A DNA stretch of 64,000 nt from the NCBI GenBank assembly GCA_963740355.1, contig CAVUDW010000003.1:1280001-1344000 (forward strand), given 5' to 3'. Made by a program: the position numbers and the translations under genes. Below the pieces are notes generated by a model that saw nothing but the letters and a program-made list of their open reading frames with translations, did no database searches and was not told where the DNA came from. How positions within the stretch are numbered: the stretch's first letter is position 1; every line of letters starts with the position of its first letter. Below, piece by piece: positions 1 to 9,988 of this stretch. The DNA is from an uncultured Gemmatimonadaceae bacterium (GTDB lineage Bacteria; Gemmatimonadota; Gemmatimonadetes; Gemmatimonadales; Gemmatimonadaceae).

Positions 1-487
1 GCACGAAGCCGAGCATCGGGCTGGTGCTGTATCCATGCGCCTGTGCGGTGAGCAACAGGTAGCCAAGTGCGATGTTGCTTTCTGCAAAGCCCCAAGCGGC
101 GCGATCGGCATCGCTGAATCCGGCGAACGTGGCGCGAATGTCAGCCGCGGCCTTGTCGCCGGCGGGGCCCTTCATGCCTGGATGCACCGTCTCCTCGATC
201 GTATTGAGCGCGTCGGTCATGTCGGAGTACATCACGATCACAGCCGGTGCGCTGCCAACCTGCGTCTGGCCGTAGGCGGCTTCCTGCAGCTTGAGCTTCG
301 TCGCGGCATCTTCGACGATCACGAAGCGCCACGGCTGCACGTTCCACGGCGACGGGGCGAGGCCAGTGACGCGAATGATCTCTTCGAGGTGCGCGCGCGG
401 AATCGGCGTCGGCTCGTACTTGCGGATCGAGCGGCGTGCTTCCGCGGCTGCCGTGACTGTCAGGACCTGCTCTGCAGTGTTGCTCAT
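1..487 (-). CDS. nitroreductase family protein (MhqN/YdgI-like); 3' end runs off the window
   Basis: Hand translation: MSNTAEQVLTVTAAAEARRSIRKY...LAPSPWNVQPWRFVIV...AQAHGYSTSPMLGF, with the RRSIR and APSxxNxQPW motifs. Absent from the ORF track because it is truncated. Confidence 0.9.
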   Translation of the reverse strand, partial: MSNTAEQVLTVTAAAEARRSIRKYEPTPIPRAHLEEIIRVTGLAPSPWNVQPWRFVIVEDAATKLKLQEAAYGQTQVGSAPAVIVMYSDMTDALNTIEETVHPGMKGPAGDKAAADIRATFAGFSDADRAAWGFAESNIALGYLLLTAQAHGYSTSPMLGFV

Positions 488-554
488 GATATTGTCTCTG
501 CGTGTGTAGAAAGAGTGTGCGATTGATCGTGAAGCTGTGATTCCGGTGAAACGC

Positions 555-1034
555 TCAGGCCTTGCCAGCACGTGCCAATTCACTGGCGGCGGCAACACCG
601 AGTTTCTTGCACAAGCGAGCCAGTTCCGCCTGTTCGGTCTCGTCGAGGCCGGACATGGCGTCCACCAACCGCTGCACATGCTGCGGGAAGAACGAGGCGA
701 GATGTGCCTCGCCTTCGGGGGTGAGTGAGGCAATCGAGACTCGACGGTCCTGCGGATCTCGGTCGCGCCGCACGTAGCCATCGCGTTCGAGGTTGTCGAG
801 CACCGTGGTCAGGTTCGAGGCGCTCACCAGCAGCTTTCCCGCCAACGCGCACTGGGCCATGGGGCCGAGGTGTGCGAGCGCCTCGAGCACCCCGAGCTGG
901 GTCGGCGTCACACCGAACTCCGCTTGCAGGACCGGGAAGAGCCGCCCGTTGATGGCCACGCTGGAACGCATGAGCTTGATGTAGACGTCAAGCGCTCGTC
1001 GTTCCTCGTCGGTGCCGTTGTAGTGTGTCGCCAT
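555..1034 (-). CDS. MarR family transcriptional regulator (MhqR-like)
   Basis: C-terminal part of ORF 555..1853: TPTQLGVLEAL...SNLTTVLDNLERDGYVRR...DRRVSIASLTPEG winged helix. Start ATG 1034 (alternative 1049). Confidence 0.9.
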   Translation of the reverse strand: MATHYNGTDEERRALDVYIKLMRSSVAINGRLFPVLQAEFGVTPTQLGVLEALAHLGPMAQCALAGKLLVSASNLTTVLDNLERDGYVRRDRDPQDRRVSIASLTPEGEAHLASFFPQHVQRLVDAMSGLDETEQAELARLCKKLGVAAASELARAGKA

Positions 1035-1037
1035 TTG

Positions 1038-1079
1038 TTCGACGTCCATTGATTCGATGTCGATTCTTTCGATACCGAA
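1038..1079. promoter_or_regulatory. three tandem TTCGA-nn-TCGAA-like palindromes, probable MarR operators
   Basis: ttcgacgtccat (1038), ttcgatgtcgat (1053) and ttcgataccgaa (1068), 15-bp period, directly upstream of marR. Confidence 0.6.
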
Positions 1080-1169
1080 TGATATGCCGTCCGGGCCTGC
1101 ACGCAAGCCCCCGCCCGACCGGCCGCCGGCGACAGGGGCACCCGGCCCACGCGCAGGCATATTCCCCCC

Positions 1170-2600
1170 ATGGCCGACCACGACCACCCGCCCCTGCCCG
1201 ACCCAGACCAGCTCCTCGCCGGCGCCGCCGCGCGAAGCGCTCGGCTCGTCTGCCGCGACATTGCCCGTCACGCGGCCCACGCCGTGGCTCGGTTTGGCGC
1301 AGGCGACGAGGATCTGGTGGAGGCGCGCCATACCCTGCGCGTGTCCCTCCGCCAACTCCGCGTCACCCTCGATGCCTATGCGCCGGCGCTCGATGACACC
1401 GTCTCGCGAAAGCTCTCTCGCCGCGCACAATCCCTCGCACGCCGGCTCAGCGCCGCCCGGGACACCGATGTGCGACAGGTGCTCTTCCACTCGGTGACGG
1501 AGGCGCGCACCGCGGCCCAACGCACCGCCCTGCGCCGGCTCGAGTGGCCTGACGAGTCGCGCTCCGGTGGTGCCAGCGACGGACCCAGCATCGTGCGGCG
1601 GTGGAAACGCATCGAGCACGCACTCCACGATGCACTCGCAAACTGGCAGGAACCACAGTCGCTCGACGCGCCGCACGCCCCGACGCCATTCGCCGTCGTC
1701 GCCGCCGACGCACTCGAGCAGGCGGCCGATCGTCTGGCACGTCGTTTCGCGAAGGTCATCGTCCCCGATGACGTCGAGGAGATGCACGCTGCGCGCCTCG
1801 CGATCAAGACCGCACGCTACATCCTCAAGCCGCTCGCCGGTGACGATGCGCATGCCACCGCAATGATGCAGTCACTGCGCCAGGCACAGGATCTGTTGGG
1901 CGGCATCCATGACGCACACATGCTGCGATCGGCGCTTCGCCGCGAACGTGTGGCGCTCGGCGACTCAGCGGACGCATCGTCCCGCGCCGCCCTGACCGCG
2001 CTGCGTGCCAGTGATCGCGACCTCACCCACCGGATTGCGGTTGCATTCGACGAACTCTCGTCATGGCATACCGCCGCGGCGCTGGCGACTCACGTCGCGC
2101 GCCTGCATTCCATCGCCGAGTCGTGGCGGGAGCGCGGCAGTCCTCCCATGGAATTCGAGCGCAAATGGCTGCTCTCGGCACTGCCCCCACGAGTGCGTGG
2201 GCTCAAGCCGTCGATGCTTCGCCAGGGATACCTGCCCGGCGAGTCGCTGGTCGAGCGGATTCGCAGCATCACGCTGGCTGGCAAGACGACCTGGATCCGC
2301 ACCGTGAAACTTGGTCGCGGACTCGCGCGCATCGAGGTGGAGGAAGCCGCAACGCCAGCACTCGGCAAGGCCCTCTTCGCGCTGACCAAGGGCAAACGCG
2401 TGGAGAAGAAGCGTTATGCCGTGGCCGACGGTGAACTGACCTGGGAAATCGACGACTTCACAGACCGCACGCTGGTGCTGGCTGAAGTGGAATTTCCCAA
2501 TGCGGAGACGACCGCCGAGTTCCCAGCCTGGCTTGCGCCGTATGTGGTGCGCGACGTCACCGACGAAACAGCGTTCACGAACTGGAAACTCGCCCGCTGA
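1170..2600 (+). CDS. CHAD domain + CYTH domain fusion protein
   Basis: CHAD: MHAARLAIKTARY, QDLLGGIHD. C-terminal CYTH: MEFERKWLL, LRQGYL, WEIDDF, LAEVEF. Confidence 0.88.
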   Translation: MADHDHPPLPDPDQLLAGAAARSARLVCRDIARHAAHAVARFGAGDEDLVEARHTLRVSLRQLRVTLDAYAPALDDTVSRKLSRRAQSLARRLSAARDTDVRQVLFHSVTEARTAAQRTALRRLEWPDESRSGGASDGPSIVRRWKRIEHALHDALANWQEPQSLDAPHAPTPFAVVAADALEQAADRLARRFAKVIVPDDVEEMHAARLAIKTARYILKPLAGDDAHATAMMQSLRQAQDLLGGIHDAHMLRSALRRERVALGDSADASSRAALTALRASDRDLTHRIAVAFDELSSWHTAAALATHVARLHSIAESWRERGSPPMEFERKWLLSALPPRVRGLKPSMLRQGYLPGESLVERIRSITLAGKTTWIRTVKLGRGLARIEVEEAATPALGKALFALTKGKRVEKKRYAVADGELTWEIDDFTDRTLVLAEVEFPNAETTAEFPAWLAPYVVRDVTDETAFTNWKLAR

Positions 2601-3738
2601 TCACGTCCTGATATCCTCGAAACAGTCCATTCCACACCAGCGGCCAGGTCCGCTCTCGCGCCCACGCCTGTGCCGCATCCCGGATCGCGGCGTGTTTCAC
2701 CCGATCCGACTCTAGCGCCTTGAGAGCGCCAGCAACCACGCCGCGCTGGCCAACCGGCACGATCACGCCGCGTTCGCTACCGACGAGCTCTCGCGTATTG
2801 CCGGCATCAGCCGAGACGACCACCAATCCCGACGCCATCGCTTCGAGCAACACGTTGCCGAAGGTGTCGGTGACCGATGGGAACAGGAACACATCGCTCG
2901 AGGCGTAGGCGGTGCTCAGCGGCACCCCACTCAAGCGACCGGTGAAGATCGCCGTACTCGGTGCAGCCGCGCGCAACTCGGCTTCGTACGGGCCGTCGCC
3001 AACGAAGACGAAGCGAATCGCCGGCGCATCCACCGCCAGTTCCTGCATCGCGTGCAACGCATGTTCGAGGCCCTTCTCCTTCGCGATGCGACCGACGTAC
3101 AGCACCACCATCGCGTCATCCGCGATCCCCAGGCCACGTCGCCAATCGAGGGAGCGGAACGCGGGATCAAAGCGCTCACCATCCACACCGCGCCCCCACA
3201 CGCCGACGTTACGGAAGCCGTGCGCCTCGACTTCAGCCTTGATCGCCTCGGTTGGTGTGAAGGTGCGCGCAGCCGCCGAATGGAACCAGCGGAAATACTT
3301 CCACCCCATCGAGGCGAGGGCGCCCAGCTTGTAGAACTCGGCGTAGGCGCTGAAGCTGGTGTGATAGCTGGTTACGAGTGGCACGCGCAGTGCGGTGGCG
3401 GCAGCGCGGCCAGCGAGGCCGACGCCAAACTCGGTGGCGACGTGCACCAGCGTCGGCTTCCAGGCCTCGAGCGCCGCGCGCGCCGTCAACACCTTGGGCG
3501 CCGACAACCGCACCTGCGGGTATGCCCAGAACGGCACGCTGTTCCAGCGCACGACATCGCCGTCATCCTGCTTCAACTCTGGATCGGTGGTCGTGAACAC
3601 CCGCACCGCCGCACCCCGCTCACGCGCGGCGGCGACGAGGCGTTCCAGCGTGCGCGACACCCCGTTCATCTGCGGCGGATACGTGTCGCTGAAGAGTGCC
3701 AGCCGCACGCCGTCGAGTCGGACGATCGGTTCGGTCAC
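2575..3738 (-). CDS. glycosyltransferase family 4 (MgtA/PimB-like)
   Basis: FSDTYPPQMNGV, YVGRIAKEK, DTFGNVLLEAMASG. GTG start overlaps the upstream stop (GTGA). Confidence 0.9.
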   Translation of the reverse strand: MTEPIVRLDGVRLALFSDTYPPQMNGVSRTLERLVAAARERGAAVRVFTTTDPELKQDDGDVVRWNSVPFWAYPQVRLSAPKVLTARAALEAWKPTLVHVATEFGVGLAGRAAATALRVPLVTSYHTSFSAYAEFYKLGALASMGWKYFRWFHSAAARTFTPTEAIKAEVEAHGFRNVGVWGRGVDGERFDPAFRSLDWRRGLGIADDAMVVLYVGRIAKEKGLEHALHAMQELAVDAPAIRFVFVGDGPYEAELRAAAPSTAIFTGRLSGVPLSTAYASSDVFLFPSVTDTFGNVLLEAMASGLVVVSADAGNTRELVGSERGVIVPVGQRGVVAGALKALESDRVKHAAIRDAAQAWARERTWPLVWNGLFRGYQDVISGRVSSS

Positions 3739-4469
3739 GCCGTCGCCTCGGCGCTGAGCAGCGTCGCGTAGGGTCTTGCCGGTCGCGCTTCGAGCCATCG
3801 ATCGAGTTCATCGATCACCGACTGGCGCGTGATGGCATGCTCGAGGTCCATGGGGTGCAGCGCAATGCGAAAGTGTGGCTCGTTCTGCTGTGCGCGCCAG
3901 CGCCACGCAGCCTGCACCGCCGAACCCCGGGCGCGAAAATCAGTGCGGCCACTCCAACGCAGCACTGGACTTGGCAAGCGGACCTGCGTCTTCGTCAGGT
4001 AGATGGCTGCGTCATCCTCGAGAATCGGCAGGTCGAGCGCAGCACAGGCAGTGTGCGTGCCCTGTCGACACAGCCAGGCTGGAGGCACAAACCCGATCGG
4101 CGACAGGCCAAGCTCTGCAAACAGCGTCAGGCCACGACTGATTCGCTCGAACGCTGCATCGTGATCGAGCGTGAGAAACTCACCTTCGCGGTTCGTCTTG
4201 CCGAACGCACGCTGCGAGTCGCGCCAACTGCGCTTGGAACCAACTTCATCGTGACGCTCGCCGTGCAGGAAGATCTCCGCGCCGTCGGCGACTCGATCGC
4301 GAATCCACTGCGCATACTCGGGGGATGCGCGCAGGGGCCACTGTCCGTGCCAATCGGGTACCACCAGCAGCGCCGGCGTGGCGTGACGTTCACGACAGAG
4401 CTTCCACAGCTCCTCGACCTGTGAAGCCCACGCCGGCGTGACGTCGTGGATGGAGAGCAGGACCGTCAT
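3735..4469 (-). CDS. polysaccharide deacetylase-like protein (DUF2334-type)
   Basis: LLSIHDVTP, FLHGERH, GFVPPAW, RIALHP (NodB-like motifs); ATGA overlap with the upstream gene. Confidence 0.82.
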   Translation of the reverse strand: MTVLLSIHDVTPAWASQVEELWKLCRERHATPALLVVPDWHGQWPLRASPEYAQWIRDRVADGAEIFLHGERHDEVGSKRSWRDSQRAFGKTNREGEFLTLDHDAAFERISRGLTLFAELGLSPIGFVPPAWLCRQGTHTACAALDLPILEDDAAIYLTKTQVRLPSPVLRWSGRTDFRARGSAVQAAWRWRAQQNEPHFRIALHPMDLEHAITRQSVIDELDRWLEARPARPYATLLSAEATA

Positions 4470-5713
4470 CGCTGCACGCGCTCGTAGAGTGCGAAGACCC
4501 GATCGAACACCGACTCCCACGAGTGTTCACGGGCGGCGAAAGCTCGTGCCCGCGCACCGTGTCCCACCAGGTCGTCCTCGAGCAGCGAAATCGCCTGCAC
4601 CGCGAGGTCCTTTGCATCACCTGGCACGAAGATGCGGCCGGCGCCGGACGACAAGACGTGCTCGCGCACACCACCACCGTCGGCGGCCAGCACTGGTGTG
4701 CCGCAGGCCATCGCTTCGAGTGGCGACAGCCCGAAGGTCTCGTGCGGGCTGGTGGCCATGTAGACGCTCGACGCCGCCTGCAGATCCGCCAGCCGCGCGC
4801 GATCGGCGATGAACGGCAGCCAGAAGACCTGCTTCCCCTTGTTGCGCTGCTGCAGCGCCAGCTTCTCCGGACCATCGCCTGCCATCACCAGCGAGGCACC
4901 GGTGCGCTGCTGGATCGTTGGCCACGCGTCCATCAGCACGTCCAGTTCCTTCTCGTGCGCGAAGCGTCCGATGAAGGTCACCAGCGGGCCATCTGCCGGC
5001 AGCTTCCAGGCAGCGCGCGTTTCCGCCGCGAAGAGGCGTCGTTCAGGGGAGAAATGTTCGAGATCGACGCCCAGTGGAATACGAACGACGTTCGGGATGC
5101 CGGCCTTCTCGAGATCGTCGGCCACGAAGCGTGATGCCGCAATCGTTGCCGTCACATGGCGATCCATGCGTCGCGCATACCACCATGCAGCCTCCATCAG
5201 CTGTTCACGGATCGGCGGCACCGGTCGACGACTGCCGCTCATCAGCGCCGGGAAGTGGCTGTGAAAGAAATTCACGATCGGCACGTCGCGTTTGCCCAGT
5301 GCGCGAAAGAGCACCCACGGCACGAGGGCAGGACTGCCGATCTCGATCACGTTGGGGCGCTCGACGTCCAGCACTCGACGCATGCGCGCCACGGAAGTCA
5401 GCAATCGATACGGATCGTTGCGCGGGACACGTGGTCCCTTGAACTCGTACCAGCGGGACCCTTCCCGTTCCACGATGCCGTCGTCGGCCCACGGCACTAC
5501 CAGCGCATGACGGAGTGTTGGGCGACTCGCGACATACAGTTCCTTCTGCAGCAGGTAGGTCCGGATACCGCCGCTGGTGGGCGCGAACCATTCCGTCGTG
5601 TCGAGCACCGCCAACTGCGCGTCCGGCCGCGTGACGGCGGGCAATGGCGCGCGCAACAGATCCAACGGTCGTCGATCGGAGGCGGCCGGCGCGAGCGGGA
5701 ATGTGGCCGTCAC
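4466..5713 (-). CDS. glycosyltransferase family 4
   Basis: SGGIRTYL, FIGRFAHEK, HETFGLSPLEAMACG. Confidence 0.9.
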   Translation of the reverse strand: MTATFPLAPAASDRRPLDLLRAPLPAVTRPDAQLAVLDTTEWFAPTSGGIRTYLLQKELYVASRPTLRHALVVPWADDGIVEREGSRWYEFKGPRVPRNDPYRLLTSVARMRRVLDVERPNVIEIGSPALVPWVLFRALGKRDVPIVNFFHSHFPALMSGSRRPVPPIREQLMEAAWWYARRMDRHVTATIAASRFVADDLEKAGIPNVVRIPLGVDLEHFSPERRLFAAETRAAWKLPADGPLVTFIGRFAHEKELDVLMDAWPTIQQRTGASLVMAGDGPEKLALQQRNKGKQVFWLPFIADRARLADLQAASSVYMATSPHETFGLSPLEAMACGTPVLAADGGGVREHVLSSGAGRIFVPGDAKDLAVQAISLLEDDLVGHGARARAFAAREHSWESVFDRVFALYERVQR

Positions 5714-6723
5714 GGCGTGGTCGATGACGCCGCCTTGGCAGGAGACTTCGTCGTGGCAGGTGCCGGTGACGCTGCTTCCGTGTGCTCATCCGCGCTCACT
5801 GCGCGTGGGAAAAGCAGCGAGAACACCACCGCCCCGCCGAGGATCGCCACGATCACCAGGAGCGAGATGCCGGTCGGGACGTGATAGATCGTGCTGAGGA
5901 GCATTTTCGAGCCCACGAACAGCAACACCAGCGACAGCGCCGGCTTGAGCAGCCAGAACTTGTGCACCACGGCCGAGAGCAGGAAATACAGCGACCGCAG
6001 GCCGAGGATGGCAAAGACGTTCGAGGTATAGACGACGAACGGATCGCGCGTGACACCGAACACCGCAGGAATCGAGTCGACGGCGAACAGCAGGTCGGTG
6101 GTCTCCACCAGCACCAGCACCACGAAGAGCGGCGTCGCCACCAATCTCGAGATGCGATCCGGGCCCCACGCGGCGCGCGTGAAGAAGCGGTCACCCTCGA
6201 AGTGATCGGTGACCGGCACCAGGCGACGCACCAGCTTCAGCACCGGATTGCGCTCCGGCTCCATCTCGTCCTCGCCTGCGACCAGCATCTTGATGCCGGT
6301 GAAGACGAGGAAGGCGCCGAAGAGGTAGATGATCCAGTGAAACCGCTCCAGCAGCACGGCGCCCGCGCCGATCATCATCGCGCGCATCACCAGCGCCCCG
6401 ATGATGCCCCAGAAGAGCACGCGATGCTGCAGCGACTCCGGCACCTTGAAGTAGCTGAAGAGCAGCAGGAAGACGAACAGGTTGTCGACACTGAGCGCCT
6501 GCTCGACGACATAGCCTGCCGTGAACTCGATCGCGGTCTGGTGGCCGTCGAGCTTCCAGAGTGCGCCGGCGAAACAGGCGGCCAGCGACACCCACACGAT
6601 GCTCCAGATCAACGCTTCGCGCGGCTTGACCGCGTGCGCCTTCCGGTGAAAAACTCCGAGGTCCAGCGCCAGCATCACCGCCACGACGACGGCGAAGGCG
6701 GACCACATCCACGTATGCTGCAT
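5710..6723 (-). CDS. TerC/Alx family integral membrane protein
   Basis: EQALSVDNLFVF, QHRVLFWGI, DLLFAVDSIPA, SNVFAILGLRSLYF; RBS GGAG before ATG 6723. Confidence 0.93.
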   Translation of the reverse strand: MQHTWMWSAFAVVVAVMLALDLGVFHRKAHAVKPREALIWSIVWVSLAACFAGALWKLDGHQTAIEFTAGYVVEQALSVDNLFVFLLLFSYFKVPESLQHRVLFWGIIGALVMRAMMIGAGAVLLERFHWIIYLFGAFLVFTGIKMLVAGEDEMEPERNPVLKLVRRLVPVTDHFEGDRFFTRAAWGPDRISRLVATPLFVVLVLVETTDLLFAVDSIPAVFGVTRDPFVVYTSNVFAILGLRSLYFLLSAVVHKFWLLKPALSLVLLFVGSKMLLSTIYHVPTGISLLVIVAILGGAVVFSLLFPRAVSADEHTEAASPAPATTKSPAKAASSTTP

Positions 6724-6802
6724 CAGCTCCTGAATCGTCGCAGGGCGACAGGTCCTGCGGGGGAGACTGACAAGATAACGGCCCTCGGCCGTTCTGGCGG
6801 GC

Positions 6803-7576
6803 TCAACTGCCCTGTTTGACCAACAGACGTTGGCCAATCTTGATCGTCGTCGACGAGAGGTGATTCAGCTCGGCCAGGCGCGACTCGGTCGTCCCGTAGC
6901 GCGTCGCGATCGAGCCCAGCGCATCACCGGCGGCCACCACATGCCAGACCGCCTTCTCCGCCACTCCTCGTTCATACTCGCGTGTGCGGGTGGAGAGTTC
7001 CACCGTCGCGGCCTCGGAACGGAGCCCACGTGTCACGTCAGCGAGGACGCTGTCGACGCCGGCGCGATCGTTCGAGGCGAACGCCATCCGATCACGCTCA
7101 TTCGCGATCTCGACGCCAGCGGCCGTACCGAGGTCCACACGCAGGCGCTGCGCGTGCAGGGTGGCGTCACGCGCCAGCTGCTGGATCACGAACTGCTGCG
7201 GGCCGCGTTCCGGCGTGATCAGCTCTCGTGGCGGAATTCCGACGAACAGCACGCGCCGGTCGGTGAGCGCGAGAATGCCGTAGGTCTCCCGGAAGCCATC
7301 CCACCATTCGCGACGCCGCGCCCATGCGGCGGCCTGCACACGCTCCGTCGGCTCGAGCAAGACCAGCAATTCACTGCGGGCCAGCGTGCGTGCGCCAGTG
7401 ACGTCGGGCCGCAGCGTGATCAGGTACGCAATCACGCCCGCAATCACCAGCAGCAGTCCGAGTCCGCCACCGGTGATCTTGACCAGCGTGCGCAGCCACC
7501 AGCGGCGCGCACTGACCGGCCCCGTGACGAGGCCGAGCAGCGTGGTCGCAGTGGTGACGGGCGCGCGTTGTGCCAT
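6803..7576 (-). CDS. membrane-anchored protein with C-terminal LysM domain
   Basis: N-terminal TM segment; WHVVAAGDALGSIATRYG...LAELNHL...IKIGQRLLV (LysM). Confidence 0.82.
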   Translation of the reverse strand: MAQRAPVTTATTLLGLVTGPVSARRWWLRTLVKITGGGLGLLLVIAGVIAYLITLRPDVTGARTLARSELLVLLEPTERVQAAAWARRREWWDGFRETYGILALTDRRVLFVGIPPRELITPERGPQQFVIQQLARDATLHAQRLRVDLGTAAGVEIANERDRMAFASNDRAGVDSVLADVTRGLRSEAATVELSTRTREYERGVAEKAVWHVVAAGDALGSIATRYGTTESRLAELNHLSSTTIKIGQRLLVKQGS

Positions 7577-7629
7577 GACAAGCGAGTGTCGGGGGGAAAT
7601 CCGTTGTAACGCATTACAGTTTAGCGACC

Positions 7630-9060
7630 ATGTCCCCGCAAATCTCCCCACCAACGCCCGCTCACGCGTCATCCACGCGCGCGCCGGTGCTGGTCAGACC
7701 ATCCATCACTGACCTGCGTGCGCTGATTCAGCTGGCGCTGCCGGTGATGGCGGTCGAGATGGGCATGATGGCCATGCACGTGGTGGACACACTGTTCGTG
7801 GGACACCTCTCGGCGACGGCCCTGGCCGCGGTGTCATTGGCGCTCAGCTACTACTTCACGATCATCGTGATCGGCATGGGCACACTGGTGGGCTTCGACG
7901 CACTGGTGAGCCAGGCGGTCGGTGCCGGTGATCAGGCGGGTGTCCGGCGCGCGCTGCAGCGCGGCCTGGTGGTCGCGGCGGCGCTCTGCGTGCCACTGGC
8001 GCTGATTCTCTGGCCGACCGAGCCGGTGCTCCGTGCACTGCACCAGCGGCCCGAGATCATCCCCATCGCGACGCGAATCGTGCATCTCTCGATTCTCGGA
8101 TTGCCAGGGGCGCTCACCTTCGTGGTATTGCGACAGACGTTGCAGGCGATGGAGCGATTGCGCCCGATCTTGGTGACGGTCGTGGTGGCAAACCTGATCA
8201 ACGTCGCCTGCAACTGGTTGCTGATCGGTGGTCACCTCGGTGCCCCTGCCCTCGGCGTGAACGGTTCGGCGATTGCAAGTGTGATTGGCCGCACGTCGTT
8301 GCCGCTGATCCTGCTCTGGTCGGCGCGCGATGTGCTGTGGCCATTGCTGCGCGAGCGCGATGCGTTGCTGTTTCAGTTGCAGCCGTTGCTGCGCATGTTG
8401 CGCATTGGACTGCCGGTTGGAGTGCAGTATCTGCTCGAAGTCGGAGTGTTCAGCGCCGTCGCCCTGTTGATGGGCGCGCAGGCCACGAACACACTGGCCG
8501 CCCATCAGGTGGCCATCAACCTCGCGAGCTTCACCTTCATGATGCCGCTCGGCATTGGCGCGGCGGCATCGGTGCTGGTCGGCCAGGCCATCGGGCGTGG
8601 CGATGCGACCGGTGCGCGCCGCGCCGCCATCGCGGCGCTCAGTGTCGGGATGGTCGCATCGACCCTCACGACGATCATCTTCCTCGCCGTGCCGCATCTG
8701 TTGGCGAGCTTGTATGTGGTCGAGGCCGGCGTGGTGGCATTGGCCGCGTCTCTCATTCCGTTGGCCGGTGTCTTTCAACTGTTCGATGGGTTGCAGGCGG
8801 TGGCCGGCGGCGCGTTGCGCGGCGCGGCCGACACGCGGGCGGCGATGATTGCGAACATCCTTGGTTTCTGGGCCTTCGGATTGCCGCTCGGCCTGTATCT
8901 CGCGTTCCGCGCCGGGATGGGTCCGGTGGGATTGTGGTGGGGACTGGTGGCGGGGCTCGCGGCAGTTGCTGCGGTCTTGCTGTTCCGGTTGTCGTGGCGG
9001 TTCGGCGGCCCGCTGGTTCGCGTACAGGTCGACACCAATCCTGCAGCCGTCAGCTCCTGA
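7630..9060 (+). CDS. MATE family efflux transporter (NorM-like)
   Basis: Polytopic membrane protein; VDTLFVGHL, LAAHQVAINL, FQLFDGLQ. Confidence 0.92.
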   Translation: MSPQISPPTPAHASSTRAPVLVRPSITDLRALIQLALPVMAVEMGMMAMHVVDTLFVGHLSATALAAVSLALSYYFTIIVIGMGTLVGFDALVSQAVGAGDQAGVRRALQRGLVVAAALCVPLALILWPTEPVLRALHQRPEIIPIATRIVHLSILGLPGALTFVVLRQTLQAMERLRPILVTVVVANLINVACNWLLIGGHLGAPALGVNGSAIASVIGRTSLPLILLWSARDVLWPLLRERDALLFQLQPLLRMLRIGLPVGVQYLLEVGVFSAVALLMGAQATNTLAAHQVAINLASFTFMMPLGIGAAASVLVGQAIGRGDATGARRAAIAALSVGMVASTLTTIIFLAVPHLLASLYVVEAGVVALAASLIPLAGVFQLFDGLQAVAGGALRGAADTRAAMIANILGFWAFGLPLGLYLAFRAGMGPVGLWWGLVAGLAAVAAVLLFRLSWRFGGPLVRVQVDTNPAAVSS

Positions 9061-9063
9061 CTC

Positions 9064-9963
9064 ATGGCCCAGCTGAACTTTCATCACCTGCATCTCTTTC
9101 GCACCGTGGCACGGGCCGGTACGCTGGCGCGCGCGGCGATCGAACTGCAACTCACCGAGCCCACACTCAGCACACAGATCAAGGCGCTCGAGCAACACTT
9201 TGGGCAGCCGCTCTTCACGCGCACATCGCGCCGCTTGCAACTCACCGATGCTGGCCAGACGGCGCTGCGCTACGCCGATGACATCTTTTCACTCAGCGAT
9301 GAGTTGTCGCAGGCGATGGCCGGCGAACCTGGTGACCGCCCGCGCCGGTTTCTCGTCGGCATCGCCGACGTCGTGCCGAAGATGATCGCGTATCGACTGA
9401 TCGAGCCGGCGCTGCGCATCCCTGAAGGCATCATGCTGCAGTGCACGGATGACATTCCCGAACGCCTGGTGGCGGCGCTCAGCGTCCATGCGCTGGACCT
9501 GCTGATCACCGATGCGCCGGTCACGCCTGCAGCCAACGTGCGCGCCTTCAACCACCTGCTTGGCGAAAGCGGCACCACGATCTTCGGCACACCGGAACTC
9601 GCCGCACGCTACCGTCCCGACTTCCCCGCGTCATTGCACGGCGCGCCATTCCTGCTGCCGCTGCACGCCTCCACCATTCGCCGCGCCCTCGACACCTGGT
9701 TTCAGCAGCAGGATGTGCGGCCGCTGGTGACGGGTGAATACGCGGACAGCGCGCTGATGAAAGTATTCGGGCAGAATGGGCACGGCCTCTTCGCGGCACC
9801 GACCGTGCTGGAGGACGAAGTGCAGGCGCAACACTTCGTCGAGATCGTCGGTCGACTGGATGGCGTGCGGCAGCAGTTCTACGCCATCTCAGCCGAGCGG
9901 AGGATGGAGCATCCGGCCGTCACCGCCATCACGCGCGCAGCACGTACGCGGTTGTTCGGATAA
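9064..9963 (+). CDS. nhaR: LysR family transcriptional activator, NhaR-like
   Basis: LNFHHLHLF..., VGIADVVPKMIAYRL, AFNHLLGES, DSALMKVFG, FYAISAERRMEHPAV. Confidence 0.85.
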   Translation: MAQLNFHHLHLFRTVARAGTLARAAIELQLTEPTLSTQIKALEQHFGQPLFTRTSRRLQLTDAGQTALRYADDIFSLSDELSQAMAGEPGDRPRRFLVGIADVVPKMIAYRLIEPALRIPEGIMLQCTDDIPERLVAALSVHALDLLITDAPVTPAANVRAFNHLLGESGTTIFGTPELAARYRPDFPASLHGAPFLLPLHASTIRRALDTWFQQQDVRPLVTGEYADSALMKVFGQNGHGLFAAPTVLEDEVQAQHFVEIVGRLDGVRQQFYAISAERRMEHPAVTAITRAARTRLFG

Positions 9964-9988
9964 CCGATCGAGCGCCGACCACTGCCTG

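Noticed and set aside
6724..6802. yybP-ykoY Mn riboswitch upstream of terC
   Set aside because: The gap is only about 80 bp and I found no GGGGAGUA signature on the coding strand. ggggagta motifs near 14990 and 18865 lack the expected structure and context.
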